Of a stretch of DNA of 64,000 bases, positions 21,064-31,513 are shown one piece after another. The DNA is from Schizochytrium sp. TIO01 (taxonomy: Eukaryota > Protista > Bigyra: Labyrinthulomycetes): NCBI GenBank assembly GCA_004764695.1, contig SMSO01000014.1:5590845-5654844 (forward strand), read 5' to 3'. Within the stretch, counting starts at the first letter, position 1. Every line of letters starts with the position of its first letter. The position numbers were made by a program, and so were the translations under genes. The notes beneath the pieces were generated by a model. The model saw nothing but the letters and a program-made list of their open reading frames with translations, ran no database searches and had not been told where the DNA came from.

Positions 21064-24000
21064 TTACTTTAACAGCATCTGTAAATCTCCATCTGATTCA
21101 GGCCATTCGGTATCAGATAGGCTGATTAATAAACTTTTCAAAGTTTGACTCAGTTTATCCGCAAAACGCGCTTGAGAAACATCAACGCGACTGCGAGAGT
21201 TAGCTAAACTCAAAAACGCAGGACCCAACGTCTCACGCACCAAGGCGCACAAATCACTGCGCGAGGCTAGTGTTTGTAGGCCATCCTGTAAAGCAGACAC
21301 AGCTGCAATGCGAACTTTGAAGTTCTCATGTTCTGCTGCTTGGTCAAGGAGAACTTCGATGAACTCTCGAGAGTGAGGGTTTCCGACTGACCGTGCCAGA
21401 ATCAGGCCAATGGAGGCGCATGCACTCCACTGGACTTTTGCTGAAGCATCTCCTTTGCCCGCTGCACCATCAAGTAAAGCATTTGTGACACGGGCCGCCA
21501 ACTCAGGATCAAGTCGTTGAGAAGAGAAACAGACAGTCAGAGAGCCAAGTGCGCGGTAGCAGGGGGCTGCCACCTTGTCATGGTCAGGAACATGAGTGAT
21601 GCATGCTTCAACCATGGCATGTCTAGTCTCTTCAGAAATAAGCTCGTCCCAGGAAACCGACTTGTTTGAATCATAGACCAAATTAGCTAATGCTGTTGCG
21701 GCGCGGGCGCGAACCTGAAGGTTTGATACATCTAAAGCAAGAAGTATAAGTGGAGAGGTGTCCTTCAGGAAGTCGGCTGTTCGAAATTCTGGGACCAAAG
21801 CCATGGCGCTCAGAGCTGTTAGTGTAGCACGCTGGGTTTCCTCCTTTCCACCATATGCAGAAAGAATGCCACTCACACATTCTCGACGCTGAGCGTCAGA
21901 GACTAGAGCCCAGCCTTCCGTGCGGATCTCTGATACACAGACAGCGGCACAACTGCGCACATCCGGGTCGGTATCACGAAGTGCACGAGGTAAATGAATG
22001 GAGATAATTTCATTCCATCCATTCAGATCGGCAGTAATCGGTGGTTCACTAAGTTTGTCGCGACGAAGAATGCGCTCCACAAGACCGACCGCAGCGCGGC
22101 GACTTGACGGTAGACGAGAAGCAAAACACTGCATAAGAACACAATGCGTGGCACCCCACAATGAGGTGCGACTTACCTCGCGAGCATATTGCTCGCAGAG
22201 AGATCCAACGAGCGCCATGGCCCACTCGCTGGACGCGAGATCTACCCCTTGTAGTGTCGGTACGAGGTTATTATTTACAAAGTCAGCCACACTCTCTAAT
22301 CTCTCCTTTGGAGCGCTTACCAAAGCTGCACAAGTGCCCGCAGCTCCCATGCGGACCTTGTCTTGTACCTTGGAATCAGTGAGACGCTCGCAAATAGCCT
22401 TCCCGCAACCCTTTAAAAAGTGCGACATAAAAAATTGCTCATTTCCCCTCACTTCATAAGGCACAGCACGTAGCATTGTCATGGCACATTGATGTGCCTG
22501 TTCAAGTGTGGTGGGATTTCGCTCATGACCACCTAGGACTCGGCCCAGAGCGTAATGGATTTCTTCTACAATATGTGATATTTTTACACTCATAGGAACA
22601 AAAGCACCGGCATTTTTAGCAGCAGGGCGTGGCTGGGATAGCCACACTCGCACCGGACTGTTGCTAAGCAGTTCTGATAAAAAATGAAACCCTGCAGCCC
22701 GAACACGCGGCTGCTCATCAAAGACAACAACAGTTAGCAAATTGACCGATTGCAAGTTCAAAATACATCCGTTACGTTGAGGAAGAAAGCGTTCCCACTG
22801 CGTTTGCATTATTTTTCGATCAACTTGGCATAAAACCCCCAACACCTCCAATGCCGAGAGACGGAGTTTTTCAAGTTGTTTTAGCACCCTAGACGAGCTT
22901 GACTTCCGTTCAACATCAGAATCAGACATTTCTGATTCCGAGGCAGACATATCGTTCTGCTGTCGAATACGTTTCTCCTCTTTACAAACCTGCATGGAGT
23001 CGCAGACAAGTCGGCATAACGATCCTATGAGCCATTGCAGCTTTGCTTGAAGAAATTTACTTCCGAAAGCGAGCAGGCTACCCTGAATAACGCGCAAGGC
23101 GGAGTGCAGAACTTTGAGTTTTTGAAGACGTCCATCAACGGTTTGAGTAGTAGGGTTGCTACCAGGTTTTTCCCATGCTTCGTCTAGCAGAAGGGTGATA
23201 TAATGCAAAGCGAGACGGTTTACCTCTGGAGCTTGAGATTCTTTCAAAGCTTTGCGCTGCAAGAGGTTGCCAAGACACCCAAATGCAGTTCCCACGCACA
23301 CCATATCTCCAGAGCCTTCGCTGTCTAGAACCTCGCGCAAGAGAGTCTTCACGATGTTGTCTTCAAAAGCTGAGCACCTAGATCCATCTAGGAATAAAAT
23401 GAATGATAGTGCTTGAAGTGCCTCTTGACAACCTGCTATATCATCGACGCAATGATGTATATCTCCATTAAGAAAGGGCACTACCACTCCAAGCGATTGC
23501 GGAGTAAACTCGAGGTGTTTCTTTTGTGCAAAATAAGTAACTAACTGAGCTGCACCCCTGCCTACGTCCTCCTGATGTGGCTGCGGCGAAGCCTCACCAT
23601 CTTTATGACTAGTAGATTGTGAGGATTTCTGCACAATTGTCTCAACATCCTCTATGTTATCATCTCCTCCAGCAAGCATTGCCTTGTTGCGTAACTTTGC
23701 GAGCTCCCAATTTGCCAACAAATTCACAAGATCTCCGCAATCCCTACGGGAGATCACCGAGCTCGGGAACGTGAGTTTTGATTTCATGACCTCCAATGCA
23801 ATTCCACGCGGACTTCCCCGCATTACGCGAGCTGCGGAAACCCATGCATTCCACTTAGCACGTTCCTGTTGAAGAGCTGCATTTCCACTGCTCGCTCGTA
23901 GGCTCCTCGAAAAAGTAAACTTTCGCACGCTTGACGAGGTATTTGATTTTAAATTATGCCCGCCAAGACTTGGGGGTCTCCCACGAATGCGGCCTGGAGA

Positions 24001-24234
24001 ATTAAGAATTGGTGAAGCCGAGGATTGTGTAGAGACCTGAGCGTTTTGTAGCGCTGATGGTTGTTGATATTGGCTTTGTTGTTGTTGTTGCTGTTGCTGT
24101 TGCCGATGTTGGAAATGTCCACCTTCATCAAGAGAAAGTTGCCGCGGTCGGGTAAATGCATAGTTTCCATCCCTGGGAGGGGCAGTCGGCGGTGTGCCTT
24201 TTTGCCGCCATGACTGAGTGGCCTCCCCCGCCAT
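21064..24234 (-). CDS. HEATR6: HEAT repeat-containing protein 6
   Basis: SESEMSDSD, QWERFLP, PRVRAA, AFVPMS, KVQWSAC and NFKVRIAAVSAL blocks typical of HEATR6/DUF4042; N-terminal polyQ. Confidence 0.85.
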   Translation of the reverse strand: MAGEATQSWRQKGTPPTAPPRDGNYAFTRPRQLSLDEGGHFQHRQQQQQQQQQSQYQQPSALQNAQVSTQSSASPILNSPGRIRGRPPSLGGHNLKSNTSSSVRKFTFSRSLRASSGNAALQQERAKWNAWVSAARVMRGSPRGIALEVMKSKLTFPSSVISRRDCGDLVNLLANWELAKLRNKAMLAGGDDNIEDVETIVQKSSQSTSHKDGEASPQPHQEDVGRGAAQLVTYFAQKKHLEFTPQSLGVVVPFLNGDIHHCVDDIAGCQEALQALSFILFLDGSRCSAFEDNIVKTLLREVLDSEGSGDMVCVGTAFGCLGNLLQRKALKESQAPEVNRLALHYITLLLDEAWEKPGSNPTTQTVDGRLQKLKVLHSALRVIQGSLLAFGSKFLQAKLQWLIGSLCRLVCDSMQVCKEEKRIRQQNDMSASESEMSDSDVERKSSSSRVLKQLEKLRLSALEVLGVLCQVDRKIMQTQWERFLPQRNGCILNLQSVNLLTVVVFDEQPRVRAAGFHFLSELLSNSPVRVWLSQPRPAAKNAGAFVPMSVKISHIVEEIHYALGRVLGGHERNPTTLEQAHQCAMTMLRAVPYEVRGNEQFFMSHFLKGCGKAICERLTDSKVQDKVRMGAAGTCAALVSAPKERLESVADFVNNNLVPTLQGVDLASSEWAMALVGSLCEQYAREVSRTSLWGATHCVLMQCFASRLPSSRRAAVGLVERILRRDKLSEPPITADLNGWNEIISIHLPRALRDTDPDVRSCAAVCVSEIRTEGWALVSDAQRRECVSGILSAYGGKEETQRATLTALSAMALVPEFRTADFLKDTSPLILLALDVSNLQVRARAATALANLVYDSNKSVSWDELISEETRHAMVEACITHVPDHDKVAAPCYRALGSLTVCFSSQRLDPELAARVTNALLDGAAGKGDASAKVQWSACASIGLILARSVGNPHSREFIEVLLDQAAEHENFKVRIAAVSALQDGLQTLASRSDLCALVRETLGPAFLSLANSRSRVDVSQARFADKLSQTLKSLLISLSDTEWPESDGDLQMLLK

Positions 24235-24842
24235 CTTGCGGGATCGACGGCTTTCTGGCTTGCGAGAGAAAACGGTTTTGGCGAAGTTTTTTTCTTTTTT
24301 CTTTTCTTTTTTTTAAATCGCATTTATATTTTTAAAACAACAACAACAACAACAGATATGTTTTTCATCGTCTTACCTCCGAGTCAAGTTCTTGTCGGTT
24401 CAAAACAAAAAAATAAAAACAGGTTTTGGTAGGCAGATGTTGGGAGTACTATTGAGCTCTTCTGAATCGAAATCAGATTGTGCACGTGCAAGCTCTACAG
24501 CGCGTGCTTTCATTCTGCAAACGAGAAGATGATTTCGTTCTAAAGACGAAGAAAACTGAAGCAAAGTCTTTATTTATTAATACCTACTCTAGTGCTTCGG
24601 AGCTCACCTGCTGTTCCAAGCTCAGTTGTGTAGGGACAGGAATATATTATCCAGCAAAATAACAGTATACAACAACGGCGCACGCAAGTGCTAAGAATCG
24701 TAAAATGATTAGGAGTTTTCGAATACAAAAACATTGTTCAAGCGCTTACTCAAGTTAGGACTTAATCGAAGCACTGACTTGGGCTAATTTATATCGAAAT
24801 TGCAAATGATGATAGAATCAAGAGGACATTAAGCCTTGACGT

Positions 24843-24868
24843 TAAGTAAGTAAGTAAGTAAGTAAGTA
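24843..24868. repeat. (TAAG)n microsatellite
   Basis: Direct reading; downstream of the kinesin stop. Confidence 0.85.
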
Positions 24869-24942
24869 TACACATGTCACAACACAACCTTCGCTTGCGC
24901 GTTGGGAATGTGCGCCTAGTTGAATCCTATTCCGCAGCTGAA

Positions 24943-27900
24943 TTACTGGGGAACTTTCTTACGGCGTGCACGCTCCTGTGCCAGCTTTTTACGAAGCTGC
25001 GCAGCCGTAGTCACTTGTCCCGTGGTGTTAGTACTGGTCGGTGCTGAAGCATCCGACTCCAAGGCCTTTTGCTTTTGAACTCCCGTGTAATACTTGGGAT
25101 CGGCCAGGCGTTCGTGGATGGGTTTGGCAGTTACAGACATGGCGAAAGCGCTGCCGGCAGTGATGATCTCGTCAGAAGAGTTTTCTTTTTCAGGGTTGTC
25201 ATCCGGAGTTCCGGGGGAACCACTTCGTTGCATAGATGAAGTACTACCACTATCTGTTGCATCACCTTTTTGGCCGCTACGCTTCTGGGATTCCCAGGCA
25301 AGTTGCCGAGCATGAGCTCGTTCGGGGCGTCCAGACTCATTATTTCTGTACAAGCCACCCACTTCAGATTTATACGTGCCGTTCTCTGTCTTAATTTCCT
25401 TTACATGAGGACCGGATGTTGTACTGCACATTGAGCCTGTAGAATCACGTGTTCGGTTAGCGCGCAACTTCGATTCCTGGGCGCGGCGGTTCGAATAGGA
25501 CTCCGTCATACGTGTAAATGACGGCGAGTTTGAGTCCGAACCGGTGGATGAGCGCCGAGACGCACGGGGGCTCGAGGCCGACTTACCAGTCGAGCGAGGG
25601 CTACCTCCCCTGGCATTCTTGCGCTGGATCTCTGCCAAAGCTGCCGGGTTCAAGGTGAGACCATCCACTGTGGATTCAGGGTGGGCATCTGTGAGTTGCA
25701 AAGAGTCAACCTCTAGCTCAGTAAAGGGTTTCACGACAAGTTCATCTAGAGTTTTTTCAACAGCATCGCCAAGACGTGTCTGCTGATCGATGATCTTGCG
25801 CTTGTGAATCCCCGTAAAATTCTCTGCGTTAGTTAAGCGATCAAAGACGCCGGGCGTACGAGCATGGGGCTGGAACGCCTGGACTAATGGGTTAGAAGCA
25901 AAATCAGCAGCCGAGGAGTAAGCACTGCCACTACTGCTATTGCTGTTGAAACTGGCGTTGTTGTTGAAACTGGTGCCAGCAGTATTGATAGCACCAAGGG
26001 CTTGCTGCTCCTCAGCCAGAGTTTGGGCTCTCTCCGCAGCACGTCGAACAGCTTCTGATTGCTGTGGTGTGCTGACCATGTTTGAGAAAGCAATGTTAGG
26101 ACCAAGGCTGGAGCGGCGGGCTGAGTCAAGACTACGTGGACCAGAGAAGAACGCAGATGATGTCCCCGAGACTTGGAGCTGTCGAACCTGTTCTTCCAAG
26201 GCTCGCAACTTTGCCTCATTCATATTTTCCTCGACGCCTGTGTCGGCACTAATGCCGTGCTTCTTAATAAGCGCCAAAAGACGTTGGTTTTCTTTGAGCA
26301 AGACATTGCACAGCTCACTGGATTCGCCAAGTTTGTCCTGGAGAACTCTGGCAGTGGCCGGTGTCCCATTCACAGCAGCCATAGGCGACCCAGGGTGTCC
26401 AATGGAATGTCTTGAAAGATTCGGAGTTCCAGCAATCGATGATGCCGGTGAGGTGCCCCCATTTCCGGGCATTGACGGCAGCAATGATTTGCGGCGCTGT
26501 AGATCTCGGCGTGTTCTCGACTCATCCATGTACGCTTGTTGCTTAAGCCTTTCGATGGTTTGCTTCAATTGAGACTTGGATCGCTTCGCATCGACGTACA
26601 TTTGCAACAACTCCTGGAAGACAGATTTCGCCTCCTCCAGAGAGTTGAGCTCCACCGGAAACATTGCTGCAATACTTTTGCTCGTTGGCGACCTGGTGTT
26701 GTCGTTGTTTTCCGACAATTGCTTGTTTCTACGCATATCTTCACCATCATCAACTTCTGCGACCTCCTGTTCTTCGTCTTCGTCTTCCTCGTCATCAGCG
26801 CTGATCTTGGCCGCTGCCGCCTCGCATTGCTTTTTGTGAAAGATGATCTCATATTCTGCTGCCTCCAGTCGCTGTTCAAGCTCTTCCATAGCCTCCTGTT
26901 CTTCGGGCGTCATCTTAACGTTTACAGTGAGCTCTGTTTTAGGTTTGGAAGCGCCTTGTGCATTGCTTGACGTCAACGAAGCTGACGCCGACAAAGCTGA
27001 AGCTGCCGCAGCGGTCGAAGATGAGGGCGGTGTAGCGATCGCTGCAGCTCCTTCGCGTGAAAAAGATGCGGAGGCCGCCGCAACGGGAGTCGAATGAGCT
27101 GAGTTCGAAACAGAGGTCAAGCCAGTACTCGGTGTGCCAGATTTTGGGCTCACGAAGAACGAGCTCAAGCACTGCTTCTCTTTCACTGCGGGAGCTGCAG
27201 GCGGCTGAGCCGGTGATGCATCGCTACCGCTGCCGACTGTTATGCTCCTGCTAGTCTGGCGATCCGCCGCAATACCATGGGAGGAGGTAAGAGCTTGAGC
27301 AACATTTTCTTCTGCAATCTTGGCCCGTTGCTCTGCAGAACGCTTACGTTCTTCTAGCTCGCGACAAAGCTGTTCCTTGCGCTCAATAGCAGCCTGTTTT
27401 TTGGCCAATGAGTGGTGCAGCCGCTCCACTTCCTCATCGTGTTTGATGCGCTCGCGAGCCCACTTGTCAAGGAGCTTACGCTGCTTACGTTCCTTCTCCG
27501 TGAGTTGTTTGTTGAAGGACGTTAAGCGTTGTGCCTGTCGCAGTTTGCGCTGCATGGCGGTTACCTGCTCGGTTTTTTGGCGAAGAAGTCTCTCATCACG
27601 GGTGTTGCGCATCTGTAACTTTTGTTTGTCTTGAGCAAGTACGCGTTGCTGTTTGCGAAGACGTGCAATTTCTTGCTTGCGCTGTTGCGCCTCTTCGCGG
27701 TATTTCTTCGCATTCTCCTCCATGCGGCGCTGGTACTCTACCTTTTGCTTTTTCATACTATCAATTTCACGTTGGATCTTCTGCTCCTTCACTTGCCATT
27801 TGTTTGCCATACGCTTTGCATCAGCAAGCTGCTTGCTCTCCTTCTCAAGGTTCTTGAGGCGCTCCATCTTGTCCTTAAGCTGGATCCGCAGCTTTGTGAT

Positions 27901-30147
27901 CTGGGTTCGCACAGCGTCACTGGAGGATTTGGAGTTTGATGATTCGAGTTCCTTGATCTTAGCGTCCAAAGCGTCACGTTGTTGTTGAGTGACCTGGACT
28001 TCGGCATTCATTTCTGCCATCTTAGCTTCGTAGTGCGCTTTCATGGCCTCAAACTTTTTACGCTCCTCAACGACCTTCTTCATAATCATCTGCTTTGAGC
28101 GTAAAGTCACATCATAGCTCTGGACCATGCTTCGGTAGGACTCCTGAGTCTTGTGAAACTTCTCCTTAAGTTCTCTCGTCATCTCGTCATCATCGTCGTT
28201 CACTTCCACCAGAGAAGAGTCGGCATCAATGTCCTCCATGGCAACTAAGCCCGGCATGCTATCGTCTTCGTCTCCGTCATTGTCTTCGTCACCCTCATCT
28301 TCCTCGTCCAAATCGTCAAAACCTCCACCGAGAGCTCCGTTTGATGCTCCTGCGCCAGAGCTACTGGGCCTGTGAAACCCTTCAAGGCTGCGCCGAAGAC
28401 GTGAGTTACGAACAATCTCCTTTTCAACTTCATCCAAAGAATCTGCAAAAGTAAACTCGCTCTGCAGCACCTTGAGTTCCTTGCGAGCTTGTGAAAGCTG
28501 CCAGTCACTAGTTTCTAGCTGCCTCTGGAGCTCTTCGATTTTCCGAAGATAGTTTGCGTTGGACTGAATTGCTTCATCGTCCATCTCGATATCTTTTGCT
28601 TCGCCTTCGCCCCCAAATTTACTCTTGTAAAAATCGACCTGAGCAGCTGCCATGATATACTTTTCTTGGACATCAGATCTAGATCTTTTCTCTCGTTCTA
28701 AGACTTCGTTGAGTCGCTGAATTTCTGATTCTGCACAGCTTGCTCTCGACAAGGCAGCGTCCAATTCTTGTCGAACTTGCCCAGTGTCGGCTCCGCTTGC
28801 TCCGCCCATCCAATCAAAGCCCCCGGCGGCATTTCCTGAGAAACTAGCAAAATCCATTCCTGCAGGGAGCTCTCCGTTCTGGCCGTTACCTGAGAGCTGC
28901 AGCTTGAGTTGTTGGATTTGTGCTTTAAGCATGGCAATTTGTGATGAGTTCGGGTCACGATTGACGATGGGTTTGTTTTTGATGTTTCTTGCACGATTCG
29001 CGTATCGCAGCGCGTTCAAAGTTTCTTCAAAATTAGCATCTGCGGGCGAGACGCACGCAATCATAAGAGTACGACTATTTCCTCCAAGGGAATCTTGTAA
29101 CATGCGTGTGAGTTTCGAGTCACGGTATGGCACATGTGTTCCCTTAGGTTTCGTTTCATCTCCCAGAGCGGAAATTACATTGCCAAGGGCTAGCAGGCCC
29201 TTGTTGATATTGATACCCTCTTTAAGTCGTGTGCCGGTGGCTCCGGTTCGCTTTGCGCGCTCGGATCCTGCTAAATCGACGAAGTGAAATTTAGCAATAC
29301 GATATTCTAAGTCCTCTGATGAGGATGATGTTGATGATGAGGTTGCCGAAGACGGCTCGCCTTCAGCGCCGGCATTATGTTGTTCACCCGCATTTTGCTG
29401 TCCATCCTCATTACTGTTCGTAGCTGAAGTACTTGCTGCAGCTGCTGAAGAATCAACAGCCACAGGGAGGTGTTGTTCAACGATGATAGTGAAGATAGCG
29501 TGTGACCGCGATGAGTGCAAGTTCATTTCGGTGCTACCAGTGGTACGACATAAAGATCCGCGCTCAAGGGCTTCATACATGGATTGAGTTGATTTGACAG
29601 CCTCTTCAACAGCGCCGACAATCTCCAATCCTTTGTCAGTCTCGCGGATGCTGACGACCTTACCCTCTGAAGATCCTGCCGGGTCAAGTAAGTCTCGAAT
29701 GTCTTCGCCGTAAATCTCCAAAAACTGCACACGAAGGTAGAACTCTGCGCCTGGGTTCGCTGCCTTTTTATCTTCAATGATCTCGAAGATTTCTGACATA
29801 GCGCGTGGAATCACGCCGAGCTTACTATCGTCATCATCGACGAGAGAATCTGTGGATGTGCCCATGGTGTATGTCTTACCACTACCTGTTTGGCCGTATG
29901 CAAGCACGGTGGCATTGTAGCCTTCAAAGAGTGACTTCACTAGAATTGAGACGTTTCTCTCATAGATCTCGTGTTGGTGGGAGGCCTGGCCGAAGACCTG
30001 GTCAAAGGTGAATTGTTTCTCCTTACCCATCATGACAAGCTCTGTCTCGCTCATGGGTTTTACGCATTCGCTGCATCGCTCGAGCTTCTCCTTTGAAAGT
30101 AGCGGCCGAATCCGCACCGCCACGCGGATATTCGTGGACTCGCTCAT
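24943..30147 (-). CDS. Kinesin-4 family motor (KIF4/KIF21/KIF27-like)
   Basis: GYNATVLAYGQTGSGKT P-loop, SSRSH, FHFVDLAGSER, GININKGLLALGNVISALG, HVPYRDSKLTRMLQDSLGGNS, long coiled-coil stalk with MKKQKV. First ATG at 30147 (MSEST). Confidence 0.93.
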   Translation of the reverse strand: MSESTNIRVAVRIRPLLSKEKLERCSECVKPMSETELVMMGKEKQFTFDQVFGQASHQHEIYERNVSILVKSLFEGYNATVLAYGQTGSGKTYTMGTSTDSLVDDDDSKLGVIPRAMSEIFEIIEDKKAANPGAEFYLRVQFLEIYGEDIRDLLDPAGSSEGKVVSIRETDKGLEIVGAVEEAVKSTQSMYEALERGSLCRTTGSTEMNLHSSRSHAIFTIIVEQHLPVAVDSSAAAASTSATNSNEDGQQNAGEQHNAGAEGEPSSATSSSTSSSSEDLEYRIAKFHFVDLAGSERAKRTGATGTRLKEGININKGLLALGNVISALGDETKPKGTHVPYRDSKLTRMLQDSLGGNSRTLMIACVSPADANFEETLNALRYANRARNIKNKPIVNRDPNSSQIAMLKAQIQQLKLQLSGNGQNGELPAGMDFASFSGNAAGGFDWMGGASGADTGQVRQELDAALSRASCAESEIQRLNEVLEREKRSRSDVQEKYIMAAAQVDFYKSKFGGEGEAKDIEMDDEAIQSNANYLRKIEELQRQLETSDWQLSQARKELKVLQSEFTFADSLDEVEKEIVRNSRLRRSLEGFHRPSSSGAGASNGALGGGFDDLDEEDEGDEDNDGDEDDSMPGLVAMEDIDADSSLVEVNDDDDEMTRELKEKFHKTQESYRSMVQSYDVTLRSKQMIMKKVVEERKKFEAMKAHYEAKMAEMNAEVQVTQQQRDALDAKIKELESSNSKSSSDAVRTQITKLRIQLKDKMERLKNLEKESKQLADAKRMANKWQVKEQKIQREIDSMKKQKVEYQRRMEENAKKYREEAQQRKQEIARLRKQQRVLAQDKQKLQMRNTRDERLLRQKTEQVTAMQRKLRQAQRLTSFNKQLTEKERKQRKLLDKWARERIKHDEEVERLHHSLAKKQAAIERKEQLCRELEERKRSAEQRAKIAEENVAQALTSSHGIAADRQTSRSITVGSGSDASPAQPPAAPAVKEKQCLSSFFVSPKSGTPSTGLTSVSNSAHSTPVAAASASFSREGAAAIATPPSSSTAAAASALSASASLTSSNAQGASKPKTELTVNVKMTPEEQEAMEELEQRLEAAEYEIIFHKKQCEAAAAKISADDEEDEDEEQEVAEVDDGEDMRRNKQLSENNDNTRSPTSKSIAAMFPVELNSLEEAKSVFQELLQMYVDAKRSKSQLKQTIERLKQQAYMDESRTRRDLQRRKSLLPSMPGNGGTSPASSIAGTPNLSRHSIGHPGSPMAAVNGTPATARVLQDKLGESSELCNVLLKENQRLLALIKKHGISADTGVEENMNEAKLRALEEQVRQLQVSGTSSAFFSGPRSLDSARRSSLGPNIAFSNMVSTPQQSEAVRRAAERAQTLAEEQQALGAINTAGTSFNNNASFNSNSSSGSAYSSAADFASNPLVQAFQPHARTPGVFDRLTNAENFTGIHKRKIIDQQTRLGDAVEKTLDELVVKPFTELEVDSLQLTDAHPESTVDGLTLNPAALAEIQRKNARGGSPRSTGKSASSPRASRRSSTGSDSNSPSFTRMTESYSNRRAQESKLRANRTRDSTGSMCSTTSGPHVKEIKTENGTYKSEVGGLYRNNESGRPERAHARQLAWESQKRSGQKGDATDSGSTSSMQRSGSPGTPDDNPEKENSSDEIITAGSAFAMSVTAKPIHERLADPKYYTGVQKQKALESDASAPTSTNTTGQVTTAAQLRKKLAQERARRKKVPQ

Positions 30148-31476
30148 GGTCCCGAACAAAAATCGCCAAAACGTCTATAACAGCGACTTTGGCAGCGTCA
30201 AAATTTACAGCAGGTCAGGGCACGATCTCACGGCCGAATGCGTTGTAAACACGTACGCAAGGTACGAAAATCAGGTGAACGATAACAGCCAAACTTGAAA
30301 AGATTAGCCAGATTTGGGTATCTCGCCAAAACCGCCAGCAAGGAATAGATCCCCAAACTTGCTCACAGCTTAGGAATTAGCAAAATTTTCGACACCAAGA
30401 TCAAGATGAAAAAGGGACTAGAATCGAGGAGCAGCTAGACTGTCAGGTCAGGCAGGGCGCGGACAGGCGCTTTTAGCCGTCGTTTTCGTCACAGATAATA
30501 AAAGCTCTCCAACAGCTCCAACAGCACGTTGGCACTTGATGGATGGCCTGGCTGCTACGGATCGGAGGTCTTTGTAGAGCCTTTGCCGCTCGCGGTGTGC
30601 TCGGCTCTCTGGGCGCCTTTATCGCTGCCCGTCCAAGCGCGATCCGGGAGGTTTCGTTCGTGGTCTCCTCGCTGTTGAGCAGAGTTTCTGTTTTCTGTTT
30701 TCTGTTTTCTGTTTCGATTTCTGTTTTCATCTTTTTATTTTCTTTTTTAATAAATAAATAAATAAAGTCTCTCTTTATTACTTACCCCTTCATACTATTA
30801 CGAATAACCAATACCAGAAACAAACAATCAATCATCAATTCCTTTAATTTTTATTTTTGAAAAGAAGGTTTTCTACAAATATTTAGTGTGCTCGCTTTCA
30901 AACAATATCAGGGCTGATGTTAGCAATCTCTAGAGCACTTACAAAATAATAATACAAACAAACAAATAAACAAACAAACAAACTTTCAATGTTTCTTTCG
31001 ATTTTATGAATGAACATATTATGACAAAATGAAAACTCGCGAGAAACCATAAAACCTCGTCATCAGAGGCTAACTCGCTCTTCCCTTACCTGGTAACCCC
31101 CGGCTGCTTCAAAACATTGCTGCCGACTGCCCTTGCCAGATTTCAACCCTTTGGATTATCGTCAGTTCTCTCGGCATCCACGAAAAGCAAACGACCCTCC
31201 TGGGTCCCAGCGAGTTTACACTATAAAGGGCTACAAGCACTCTTAGGCACCGCGTGAAACCGACGCCGCGCAGATGAATGCGCTGCCACTGCCATGGTGC
31301 TCAGGCACTGACTGAGCCTGCCGAGCCCTCCATGCGATGTGGAGCTCTCAAGAGCACCCGAATTCGTCTAGACGAGGCCGTCGGCGCCGGGTTCTAACTC
31401 GAGAGGCTCGGCGGCCTCGAAGATGCGAGGATCTTCCCCTGTGATCGGCGCCCGATCGGCAGGGGCCAAACTGCCG

Positions 31477-31512
<36 letters not shown>
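31477..31512. repeat. (ACA)12 microsatellite
   Basis: Direct reading. Confidence 0.9.

Positions 31513-31513
<1 letters not shown>

Noticed and set aside
31083-31095. CTTACCTGG resembling the U1 snRNA 5' end
   Set aside because: No ATAC start and no recognisable U1 loop I, loop II or Sm site; reads equally well as a minus-strand CAG|GTAAG splice donor or chance.
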